IMG/VR virus record: IMGVR_UViG_3300031111_000010
Coordinates: 1-64,000 of that record
Length of the DNA: 64,000 nt
Direction: 5' to 3' (one strand)
Source of the DNA: a virus
Part shown: in pieces, positions 50,802 to 59,401 of the stretch
Position numbering within the stretch: the stretch's first letter is position 1
Layout of the letters: each line of letters starts with the position of its first letter
Program-made: the position numbers and the translations under genes
The notes under the pieces: generated by a model
Databases searched by the model: none
What the model saw: the letters and a program-made list of their open reading frames with translations, nothing else
Told to the model about the DNA's origin: nothing

Positions 50802-53168
50802 TTATCCTGAACTTGAACTTGAACTTGAACTACTTCCTTCTGTTAATAGTATATTTTTCAATACTGCATTTGTAGCTTTTAACCATGCAGCAGATCGGGC
50901 AATATTAGAAATACGAACTTCCTCTACTTCTCCTGCTCTATATCCAATTGTTGAGTCTGGTGTTCCACCAATACCAATGGTATCAATACCTGTAGGCCAA
51001 GCATCTCCACCAGTATCCTCTTGCTCTGTTCCTCCATTAGTATATAATTTTCTACTCGTAGAAGTAACTAACGCTGAAGCTAAATAAGCAAATTCTCCTG
51101 CATCAAGACTTACTGTTCCATTTAAAAGAGTAGTACCAGTCGAGTAAAAATTTAATCTTCCAATGTTTCCATACATATTAAGTAATACCATTTGATCTGG
51201 TTCACTAACATCTCCAATTCCAACTGACGGATTGTTATTTGATGCTGCTGTAATAGTAGCACGACCAGCACATTCTAAGGTAGCAGGGTAATCTGTTAAA
51301 CCAGAAACACTTGCAGTAACAATATCGTTGTTACCATCAAAATCTATTGCTTTACCAAATACTCCATCTATCAAATCATCTGAAGTCATTGATCCATTAA
51401 ATGATCCATTATGTAAATTAGAAGTACTATCTAATAATGTTCCACCAGTTGGATTTTGACTCATATGATATACAGCTACAAAGTTCTCATCCCATACTGT
51501 CTGTGCAGCACTTGTACCCGTAGAACCAATATAAGAATTATTACTATTATATTCTAATGTCAGTACTGTATCTCTGTTTGCTGGTATCCAAGGAACTTTA
51601 GTCCATATTGTTCCAGATGTTTCCCATGTATCTACTTCAGTATAAAGTTCATTACCACCTGATACAGTAACATGTAAATTCTCATATGAATTAGCACTTG
51701 TAAAATCAGATGGAAGTATTATACCTACTGGAAAATCTATTAAGTTCTCATCAATCTTACTACTATCTATTGTGTAATATAGTGGTGGTGTAGTACTACT
51801 TGAACTTGAACTTGAAGTAGAAGAACTTGAACTACTTCCTTCTGTTAATAGTATATTTTTCAATACTGCATTTGTAGCTTTTAACCATGCTGATGATCTT
51901 TGTATATTAGAAACTCTTACTTCTCCTATTTGACAATTTAGATAATCAACAGAGAAATAATTATCTGGTACTTTCGCTAATAATGGAGGACTAAAATCAG
52001 CAGTTCCATTAGGAGCAGAGATAGAATCTGTGTCATCATTTTTGTATATATTAAAAGTACCATTTACTTCATATGATGCAGCAAAGTATTCAAATACATC
52101 AAGATTGACAGGACTAATAGTTAAAATTACTTCATTACCATCTACACCAAATCTATAATCCCATGAACTACCATTATTGAAATTATAAATTCTAAGTCTA
52201 TCTGAAAAATCTGATCTATCGGAAACAAAAATAGGAGCATAATTATTACTACCACCTAAAACATCTATTAAAGTAAATACTTCAACTGTTCCTATGGTAT
52301 TATCCATTACATCTGGCATACTTATATAATCATTACTACCATCAAAATCTATTGCTTTACCAAATACTCCATCTACTAAATCACCAGAAGTCATAGAACC
52401 ATGGGTATCACCATGATTTCCATTAACTGTGGAATCTAAAATTGTATCTGTTCCATCGGTTGGGTCTTGACTCATATGATATACAGCTACAAAGTTCTCA
52501 TTCCATACATTCTGTGCAGCAACTTCTCCTGTTTGACTTATATTCCAAGGAACAATAACATCACAAGAATTTATAGCAAAATTATCAAAGGTATAAACTA
52601 ATGGTGTTGCTGAAGTAGAATTACGATATGCCATAAATCCTACATAAACATCGTCTTCTATCCAAGTATGTGCTGAACCTATTTGTGACCATGAACCATC
52701 TTCTTCATTTTTATAATAAGCTGATACTTGATTTCCTACTCGTTTAATTCTAAATTTATTAGTATAAGGATTCGATTTGCTACTTATATTAACTTCATCC
52801 CAAGAATCATTACTACCAGCATCATCATATCTGAAATAAGCATAGGGGGTTCCCGATCTATTTATTAGTCCTACAAAACCCCATTCAGAAGTATTATTGT
52901 CTTTATTCGGAGAAATATAAACTCCACCTTGTTGAATACTTACTACTTGACCTGTAACAGTTACAAAGTCAAACTCTATTTCAAAATCACCTTTAATTAT
53001 TCTATTGAGAGTTTTATAATGATTTCCGCTATTACCTGATGAAATGGTCATTTGTGCTTCATTATCATCTATAACAGTAGAACCTGTTCCACTATTACCA
53101 GCAGCATCATACCACCATTCTTTTGAGAAATCATCTCCATTTGTTCCTGTAAAATCATCAATTATCAT
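50802..53168 (-). CDS. LamG/DUF2341-like repeat protein (apparent C-terminal half of the 53165-55039 gene)
   Basis: DDFTG module, two VYHMSQ..GKAIDFDG..RSxAWLKATN modules, poly-Ser. Confidence 0.75.
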   Translation of the reverse strand: MIIDDFTGTNGDDFSKEWWYDAAGNSGTGSTVIDDNEAQMTISSGNSGNHYKTLNRIIKGDFEIEFDFVTVTGQVVSIQQGGVYISPNKDNNTSEWGFVGLINRSGTPYAYFRYDDAGSNDSWDEVNISSKSNPYTNKFRIKRVGNQVSAYYKNEEDGSWSQIGSAHTWIEDDVYVGFMAYRNSTSATPLVYTFDNFAINSCDVIVPWNISQTGEVAAQNVWNENFVAVYHMSQDPTDGTDTILDSTVNGNHGDTHGSMTSGDLVDGVFGKAIDFDGSNDYISMPDVMDNTIGTVEVFTLIDVLGGSNNYAPIFVSDRSDFSDRLRIYNFNNGSSWDYRFGVDGNEVILTISPVNLDVFEYFAASYEVNGTFNIYKNDDTDSISAPNGTADFSPPLLAKVPDNYFSVDYLNCQIGEVRVSNIQRSSAWLKATNAVLKNILLTEGSSSSSSTSSSSSSSTTPPLYYTIDSSKIDENLIDFPVGIILPSDFTSANSYENLHVTVSGGNELYTEVDTWETSGTIWTKVPWIPANRDTVLTLEYNSNNSYIGSTGTSAAQTVWDENFVAVYHMSQNPTGGTLLDSTSNLHNGSFNGSMTSDDLIDGVFGKAIDFDGNNDIVTASVSGLTDYPATLECAGRATITAASNNNPSVGIGDVSEPDQMVLLNMYGNIGRLNFYSTGTTLLNGTVSLDAGEFAYLASALVTSTSRKLYTNGGTEQEDTGGDAWPTGIDTIGIGGTPDSTIGYRAGEVEEVRISNIARSAAWLKATNAVLKNILLTEGSSSSSSSSSG

Positions 53169-55039
53169 TCGGTTATTTCCTTTGAATAATTATTGCTACC
53201 ATATTCCAATTTCAATACTGTATCACTTGCAGATGGAATAAATGGTACTTTAGTCCAAATTACTGCTCTATCATTAGAAGGTTCCCATACATCTACTTCA
53301 GTATAAAGTTCTGTATTACCACCTGACACTGTAACATGTAGATTTTGCCATCCAGAAGTAGGTTGACTTGAAATAAATCCTGTACCTGAAACATTAATAC
53401 CTACTGGAAAATTTGTTAAGTTCTCATCAATTTTACTACTATCTATTGTATAGTAAAGTGTTGATATAGTAGAAGTAGAAGCAGAACTTACACTTGAACT
53501 TGAAGATTCTGAGCTTGAACTACTCACTGAACTTGAAGATTCTGAGCTTGAACTACTTACTGAACTTGAAGATTCTGAGCTTGAACTTGAATAACTTGAA
53601 CTTGAATAACTTGAACTTGAACTTGAGCTTGAAAGAGAACTTGAAGATTCACTTGAGCTTGAACTTGAGCTTGAACTTGAAAGAGAACTTGAAGATTCAC
53701 TTGAGCTTGAACTTGAAAGAGAACTTGAAGATTCACTTGAGCTTGAACTTGAAAGAGAACTTGAAGATTCACTTGAGCTTGATTGACTTGAGCTTGAAAT
53801 ATTATAATATTCTATTTCACAAGGATAAATTAAAACACCACCACCTTCTGTTGTTGATGTTGCTCCCCACTTATTATCACCACCATAATAACGACTTGTA
53901 TCATTTCTTAATTTAAACCATCTTGCAGTCTGTGGTGTATCGAAGTCTACTCTAAATGCAAATTCATATCCAGTTCCTAAAACTGAAGGTGAATGAATTG
54001 GTGGTTTAATCCATGTATCAATCCATTCCCATGTTATTCCATCATCTGATTTATATGCACCAACTACTCCACTATCATTATCAACCCATGCATCATAAAT
54101 ACGACTTGATGATGATGTTCTAAACCAGAAAATAATACCATTGATTGTCATTGGTTCTGTTGTAGCCACCCAAAATGACGTATTATAACCAACATAATCA
54201 TTATCTGCTACTGCATATATATTACCATCTATTAGTCCGGGATATGATGCTGAGTTTTCTGTTACAAGAGGATTAGGATTCCATCCACTCCATGCACCTA
54301 CAAGATACGTCGAAGAAGAACTTGATTTTGATGAACTTGATTTTGATGAACTTGAGCTTGAACTTGAAAGAGAACTTGAAGATTCACTTGAGCTTGAACT
54401 TGAGCTTGAAGAACTCAGGCTTGAACTTGAGCTTGAAGAACTCAGGCTTGAACTTGATGATGATGTCCAAGATTTAGAAGAAGAAGATCGAGAAGAAGAA
54501 CTAAATTCAGCAGTCCAAGCTGTACTTCTCACATAGAAATAATCATATTCAAAGGTGACCATACTTTCTAATACAATATCACCTTCTCTTTGTGACATTC
54601 CAATTTCTGCTAACTGAGTAGGCCAAATATCAACAAACACTATTTCCATAACAGGTTTTTTATAGTTGTTCGTAATTATCATTGATGCATCAACTGAATA
54701 TTCTTTATGATATTCAGCTATTTTATCACAATTATTATTGATATAACTCATCCACCTGAATAATAAACTCCAATTATCCAATCGTGAATCAACAACAAAG
54801 TTAACCATCCAACTTTCAAATTCTAATGGGTTTAAGTCATACTTGACTTTATTACCTTGCCAACTTATCTCATTAACCCCTATATTCAAGGATGGAATAA
54901 CAGCAGAGAAGATATTCATTACGAAAGGATTGTTAGACGCAATACTACTTTCAGTTGGTATCAGGGGAAATACCAACTGAAAATTTGTAGGTGTGGCCTT
55001 GTCTATATTATTAAGGTTGGATGTATTGCATACTATCAT
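53165..55039 (-). CDS. gp3-like domain + poly-Ser + carbohydrate-binding-like domain + partial DUF2341-like module
   Basis: third gp3-like N-terminus; Ser tract over 100 aa; PQTARWFKL discoidin-like motif. Confidence 0.75.
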   Translation of the reverse strand: MIVCNTSNLNNIDKATPTNFQLVFPLIPTESSIASNNPFVMNIFSAVIPSLNIGVNEISWQGNKVKYDLNPLEFESWMVNFVVDSRLDNWSLLFRWMSYINNNCDKIAEYHKEYSVDASMIITNNYKKPVMEIVFVDIWPTQLAEIGMSQREGDIVLESMVTFEYDYFYVRSTAWTAEFSSSSRSSSSKSWTSSSSSSLSSSSSSSSLSSSSSSSSSSESSSSLSSSSSSSSKSSSSKSSSSSTYLVGAWSGWNPNPLVTENSASYPGLIDGNIYAVADNDYVGYNTSFWVATTEPMTINGIIFWFRTSSSSRIYDAWVDNDSGVVGAYKSDDGITWEWIDTWIKPPIHSPSVLGTGYEFAFRVDFDTPQTARWFKLRNDTSRYYGGDNKWGATSTTEGGGVLIYPCEIEYYNISSSSQSSSSESSSSLSSSSSSESSSSLSSSSSSESSSSLSSSSSSSSSSESSSSLSSSSSSSSYSSSSYSSSSSESSSSVSSSSSESSSSVSSSSSESSSSSVSSASTSTISTLYYTIDSSKIDENLTNFPVGINVSGTGFISSQPTSGWQNLHVTVSGGNTELYTEVDVWEPSNDRAVIWTKVPFIPSASDTVLKLEYGSNNYSKEITE

Positions 55040-55076
55040 ACATTTATTTATACATTTTTAGTTGGTTTGAGATTAT

Positions 55077-55934
55077 TTACGGTGTGATTTTTCTCACTCC
55101 ATTAGGAATATATGAACCACTTGTACTTCCATATGGTTCAAATAAATTATATTTTATCATCGCATCATCTACTGTACCACCTGATGGTATACTTCCTTTA
55201 ATTTCATATGTAATACCTCTTGATGCTGGTGTTCCTGATGCACCAGAAGTAAAGGTTGATCCAGTATCACCTTGATTAACATATGTTCTAAAGGATTGAG
55301 CATCAGTAAAATAACTACCATAAATTTTTTGAATCAAACCAACATCTGATGATGGTTTAAAGAACCAAGTCTGAACTTCAAAATCCAATGTATAGTTAAT
55401 TACTCTATACTCAAGGTCTGCCATTTCATGTGATATTTCTGGTGTAGCTGATCTAAAGATAATCTTAGTATCAAATGCTATATCAAGATCATCTATATAA
55501 ATTCTCACAAAGATATGTGGACAAAAGAATGGTAAGATTTGTTCCATTATCTGATCTATGTCAGTCATATGCAATGCCCATATATTCATTGTGAAGGTAA
55601 GGTTATATGGACATGGATGGAGAAATTGTGATACTGATCCTTGTACTATATTATCACAGTTAGCAGTAAAGGCATGAAAACTGTTTACCTTTCTATCAGC
55701 AGCATAATCGATAGCACTAATATATGCTGTGATCATAGGCAACATTTCATCATCTTTTCTCTCATCAAACCAGTAGTATACTTTTTCTTTCACAGAATGT
55801 TTGATAGGAACTTTTATCCATCTATCAATAGTTCTTCCATCATCTGAATATCTTGCAATTTTTATATCGTTAAAAGCGTCAAAAAATTGTATAATCGTTT
55901 TTCTGAACACATTAAAAAAGAAATATGTTTTCAT
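55077..55934 (-). CDS. tail completion/sheath stabilizer, T4 gp15-like
   Basis: YFFFNVFRKTIIQFFDAFNDIKIAR..KVPI..PCPYNLTF..QIMEQILPFF. Confidence 0.9.
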   Translation of the reverse strand: MKTYFFFNVFRKTIIQFFDAFNDIKIARYSDDGRTIDRWIKVPIKHSVKEKVYYWFDERKDDEMLPMITAYISAIDYAADRKVNSFHAFTANCDNIVQGSVSQFLHPCPYNLTFTMNIWALHMTDIDQIMEQILPFFCPHIFVRIYIDDLDIAFDTKIIFRSATPEISHEMADLEYRVINYTLDFEVQTWFFKPSSDVGLIQKIYGSYFTDAQSFRTYVNQGDTGSTFTSGASGTPASRGITYEIKGSIPSGGTVDDAMIKYNLFEPYGSTSGSYIPNGVRKITP

Positions 55935-56446
55935 CTAACTGTTCTCTCCACTATGACTTCAACGCCACGTTTAGTTTTAAATCCTTTTTTTCTCAAGATT
56001 GTTATAGGAACAATAACAGCAGTTCCTTTTAAATTTTTATTAGAAACACTTCCTATTGTTCCACCTTGTTTATAATCTTGATGTAAAGCTATTGCTAAAT
56101 TTATATTTGTACTTTTACTTTTTATTGTATATTCGATATTATTAGGTGGTATATTATTTTTATCTACACCTTTCTTCTTGGCAGTATTATTAGCAACAGC
56201 CTGAATGTCTTTCTTTAATGTACTTCCCATTTTACTCACAAAAGCATTCATTACAAAATCTAATTCATCTGCCGTAATAGGTGGTTTATTTTCTGATCTG
56301 TTTACTCTAAAGTCTCTCTTTCCCATATGACTTGAGAATTCAAATGCAGTCAATCCCATTGGTTTCAGTTTAGCAAACCATTTATTCTCAAATGCTTTTA
56401 TTTCTCCCATTGAAACGTCTTCTTTTAAATAATTTTTAAATCTCAT
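55931..56446 (-). CDS. putative internal protein, paralog of 17625-18053
   Basis: start 56446 (GGGAG RBS) gives MRFKNYLKE tag. Confidence 0.6.
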   Translation of the reverse strand: MRFKNYLKEDVSMGEIKAFENKWFAKLKPMGLTAFEFSSHMGKRDFRVNRSENKPPITADELDFVMNAFVSKMGSTLKKDIQAVANNTAKKKGVDKNNIPPNNIEYTIKSKSTNINLAIALHQDYKQGGTIGSVSNKNLKGTAVIVPITILRKKGFKTKRGVEVIVERTVR

Positions 56447-56540
56447 ATATTCTCCCAAAGGATAGAGGCGAATGCAGTTCGATATGTTCTCACATATCAT
56501 AGACAATTACTAATGTCCCTTCATTTATACTATTTCTTTA

Positions 56541-57188
56541 CTAAAATCCATAAACACTACTATCATAACTATCTCCATAATCAAATATATCATCACTTTC
56601 ATCCTCTATCTCATCGTTATCACCAAATGCTGTCAGTGGTTCAGAAGTAGTATCCAAAATTCTATTTGGATCAGTCGGTTCTCTGGTGAATCTTGAAATT
56701 TCTCTTGCAGAGTCAGACTCATCTGAATATCTGTAAGGTTTAAGAACAAAACCCCATATCATCTTTTTTAGCTGGAATATCTTTTCTTCCTCATGAACAT
56801 CAGCTATTTCATATGCTCTATCATTCCATACCGTAATAATAGCATCTCCGGGTTTAGGATGATAACCTGCTGATACATCTCTTGAGAATGTAAATTTAGG
56901 TAGACTTGTAAAAGATATTTCTTCTTCTGAATTGATACCAAATCCAGTAGTCAATGTAGGTTCTTCTGTAGGTTCATATATAAGTTTAGTTTCAAATGGT
57001 CCTTCATATTTAGACTGAACACTTTCACCATATAGATAATCCCTATGAATTTCTTTTCTTATATAATACTTACAATAGATACCTGATATATCGGTAAATT
57101 CAGATATTACTGATTGGAATAGTTCATGCTCTACATTGTCTTGTAGATGATGCATATCCCATAAAGGTTTTGTTGTATTGATACCCAT
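56541..57188 (-). CDS. neck protein, T4 gp14-like
   Basis: EHELFQSVISEF..GIYCKY..DYLYGE..FGI..PKPGDAI..YEIADV. Confidence 0.8.
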   Translation of the reverse strand: MGINTTKPLWDMHHLQDNVEHELFQSVISEFTDISGIYCKYYIRKEIHRDYLYGESVQSKYEGPFETKLIYEPTEEPTLTTGFGINSEEEISFTSLPKFTFSRDVSAGYHPKPGDAIITVWNDRAYEIADVHEEEKIFQLKKMIWGFVLKPYRYSDESDSAREISRFTREPTDPNRILDTTSEPLTAFGDNDEIEDESDDIFDYGDSYDSSVYGF

Positions 57189-57473
57189 TTATTTTCCTCT
57201 TTTTTCTATTGGTAACCATACATAATTAACTGAAGATTTATAATTTTTATGGTTTTCATCTATTATGTTAAATGTTAAATATACATGGTTTTCAAGTATT
57301 TCCCATATAAATTCAAACTTCATATACTTCTCTTGAACTTTGTGCTTCTTAGCGAGAACCTTTCTCGCTAAAGCAATATCATTTTCTTTTATATTGTATT
57401 TTTTAGATAGCTTTTTATTCAGGTTATCATTATACTGATTTATACTTTCTTTTATATATTGTTTTAATCTCAT
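57189..57473 (-). CDS. putative internal protein
   Basis: MRLKQYIKE tag. Confidence 0.5.
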   Translation of the reverse strand: MRLKQYIKESINQYNDNLNKKLSKKYNIKENDIALARKVLAKKHKVQEKYMKFEFIWEILENHVYLTFNIIDENHKNYKSSVNYVWLPIEKRGK

Positions 57474-57853
57474 CCTATTAATTTTTCTTGTGTTTCCATT
57501 ATTATAATTAATGCTTCTTCAAGTCTTTTTACTCTTGCTTTCAGTTTAGTGATTTCCTGTGATTCATTAAGCGGTTCTTTTATACTTGTACTACCACCTC
57601 TTGCTTTTTCTTTTAATGCATTCATTCTCTTTTCCATTGCAGCATCAATAGCACTCCAATCTGTATGATCTTCTTCTAATCCATCATGTGAAGTTTCGTT
57701 TACAGGATCACCTAATGGTGCTTCTGGTTTTGAACCACCATCAACACCACCTTCTGCTTGAGCATACATCTTGTTTGTAATCTGTTGCATATCAATCTTT
57801 TTAAATGCACTTCCATCTTTTAACATTTTCTCATACGCTGTTATTTCTGACAT
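57470..57853 (-). CDS. hypothetical protein with C-terminal coiled coil
   Basis: AAGGAG RBS; heptad pattern. Confidence 0.5.
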   Translation of the reverse strand: MSEITAYEKMLKDGSAFKKIDMQQITNKMYAQAEGGVDGGSKPEAPLGDPVNETSHDGLEEDHTDWSAIDAAMEKRMNALKEKARGGSTSIKEPLNESQEITKLKARVKRLEEALIIIMETQEKLIG

Positions 57854-57862
57854 ATTATCTCC

Positions 57863-58201
57863 TTATTTTGTTTTATCCTCTGCTTCTTCTTCTCCTTCAT
57901 CTTCATATTCATCCCATTGAGGATCAACCTTTTCAAGTATGTATTCAAACTCACCTACATGAACTTTTTCCTCATTAGCAATATCTTGAAGGATTTCTTT
58001 TAAATCTTTGTCAGTTGCTTGTGGTATCATCTGTTCATAAAGATTAGCTGCATCCAGTTCAGCTACCATAGCCAATCTTGCAATAGCAGCATCCAATAAT
58101 TTTCCTTTTTTACTCGCTACTAATTCATTAAATTGAACAAACAATTCATTCAACGCTTTTGGTTTTTTACTTTCTGTTAAATAATTACTTAGTCTACTCA
58201 T
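57863..58201 (-). CDS. ferritin-like/rubrerythrin-type protein with N-terminal tag
   Basis: ARLAMVAELDAANLYEQ...ILQDIANEEKVHVGEF di-iron motifs; MSRLSNYLTE tag. Confidence 0.85.
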   Translation of the reverse strand: MSRLSNYLTESKKPKALNELFVQFNELVASKKGKLLDAAIARLAMVAELDAANLYEQMIPQATDKDLKEILQDIANEEKVHVGEFEYILEKVDPQWDEYEDEGEEEAEDKTK

Positions 58202-58209
58202 ATTTTCAC

Positions 58210-59091
58210 CTATCCTAATAAAATACCATAACCTTCATGGCTTTCTTCTAATCTTAATCTCTCATCTAATGTTTCTTTTTCTTGTATACCTTCTTGTATT
58301 AGCTGATCACCATCTAAGGCAATACCAATATTACCAATGGAATTAAATTGAGCGAATTTACTTCTTATTCTACCCAACATAATCTTACACTCTGCCAATG
58401 CATAATCGAATATCCAATCAGAAGTATAAAAATTAGTATCGGAACTTCCTGCTCTTAGACCAGTTCTTTTCCATGTAGACTGAGAATTATTAGATTCCAT
58501 ATTAGCATAATGACTTCCTTCCATCATATACGATCTGACTAATAAAAATCCGGGCGAGTCATATGTTACTACTTGACCATTCTCATCTGTTACTTCTAAT
58601 GTGTTTCCTGATGGTGGTGCTGGTTGTACTTCTAATTGATTTGTGTATCGATGATATTTATAATTGTAGATTGAAGGTGTATATCGATCTAATGTCTTTA
58701 GCCAATCAATAGCAATATGATAACTTATAATAGAACTACCATATCCTCTATTAGCCCACAACAGACCATCGTATGCTCCCCTTGAATACATAAAATTCTC
58801 AACAGTAAACAAGGTGTTAATTCCATATCCTCTACCATTATCGTCATAATCTACAATTTCAGTAACACCAACAGGAAGATCATAAAAATTTTGATTAGCT
58901 AAAAGTAATACAGTAAAATAGGTATCTACAGTAGCATTACCTGCACCCCATTTTACCCATTTGTCTTTAGCATAATCTATTGCATCATAAATCTGTATAT
59001 CTTCCAGTTCGACTTTGACAACAGGCGCACCTAATCTTCTCTTTATTTTCTCAGAAAGTTCTGCCTTACTGAGTCTGATATCTAATGCCAT
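58210..59091 (-). CDS. neck protein, T4 gp13-like
   Basis: IKRRLGAPVVKVELEDIQIYDAIDYA...WIFDYALAECK..LG..LDGDQLIQEG. Confidence 0.9.
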   Translation of the reverse strand: MALDIRLSKAELSEKIKRRLGAPVVKVELEDIQIYDAIDYAKDKWVKWGAGNATVDTYFTVLLLANQNFYDLPVGVTEIVDYDDNGRGYGINTLFTVENFMYSRGAYDGLLWANRGYGSSIISYHIAIDWLKTLDRYTPSIYNYKYHRYTNQLEVQPAPPSGNTLEVTDENGQVVTYDSPGFLLVRSYMMEGSHYANMESNNSQSTWKRTGLRAGSSDTNFYTSDWIFDYALAECKIMLGRIRSKFAQFNSIGNIGIALDGDQLIQEGIQEKETLDERLRLEESHEGYGILLG

Positions 59092-59375
59092 TATTGATCT
59101 CCTATTTGCATTTCACGCTTTTTCATTGATCTAGCTCTTTTTTTCATGGCCTTTTTTTGAATACCAACATTAGCCTTAATTTTTCTACCTCTCAAAAGAG
59201 CCGCTTTAAACAGATTTTTTTTCTCAGCCGGTTTCATTATTATACATTTATTGTCCTTAACTTTCATACCATCAGGACATATTCTTTTTCTTTTTACCTT
59301 TCCTTTCCTAATTACTTTTTTGAAACTCTCATCAAGTGAGAATAAATTTATTTTATCAATTATATCCATAGTCAA
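59091..59375 (-). CDS. basic prohead core-like protein (gp68-like)
   Basis: K/R-rich KIKAN..KKRARSMKKR; late promoter at 59389-59396. Confidence 0.45.
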   Translation of the reverse strand: MTMDIIDKINLFSLDESFKKVIRKGKVKRKRICPDGMKVKDNKCIIMKPAEKKNLFKAALLRGRKIKANVGIQKKAMKKRARSMKKREMQIGDQ

Positions 59376-59401
59376 TTCCTCATAACTATATTTATATTTT
59401 T

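Noticed and set aside
53494-53916. Plus-strand LNLNLS-repeat ORF and alternative-frame QVQAQV ORF
   Set aside because: Shadow frames of the poly-Ser tract.
53490-54480. Regular hexamer and ~36-bp repeats as a CRISPR array or satellite
   Set aside because: They are in-frame poly-Ser codons with no unique spacers, and no cas genes are present.
43411-55039. Diversity-generating retroelement acting on the lectin domains
   Set aside because: No reverse transcriptase in the window and no adenine-specific TR/VR pair evident by eye.
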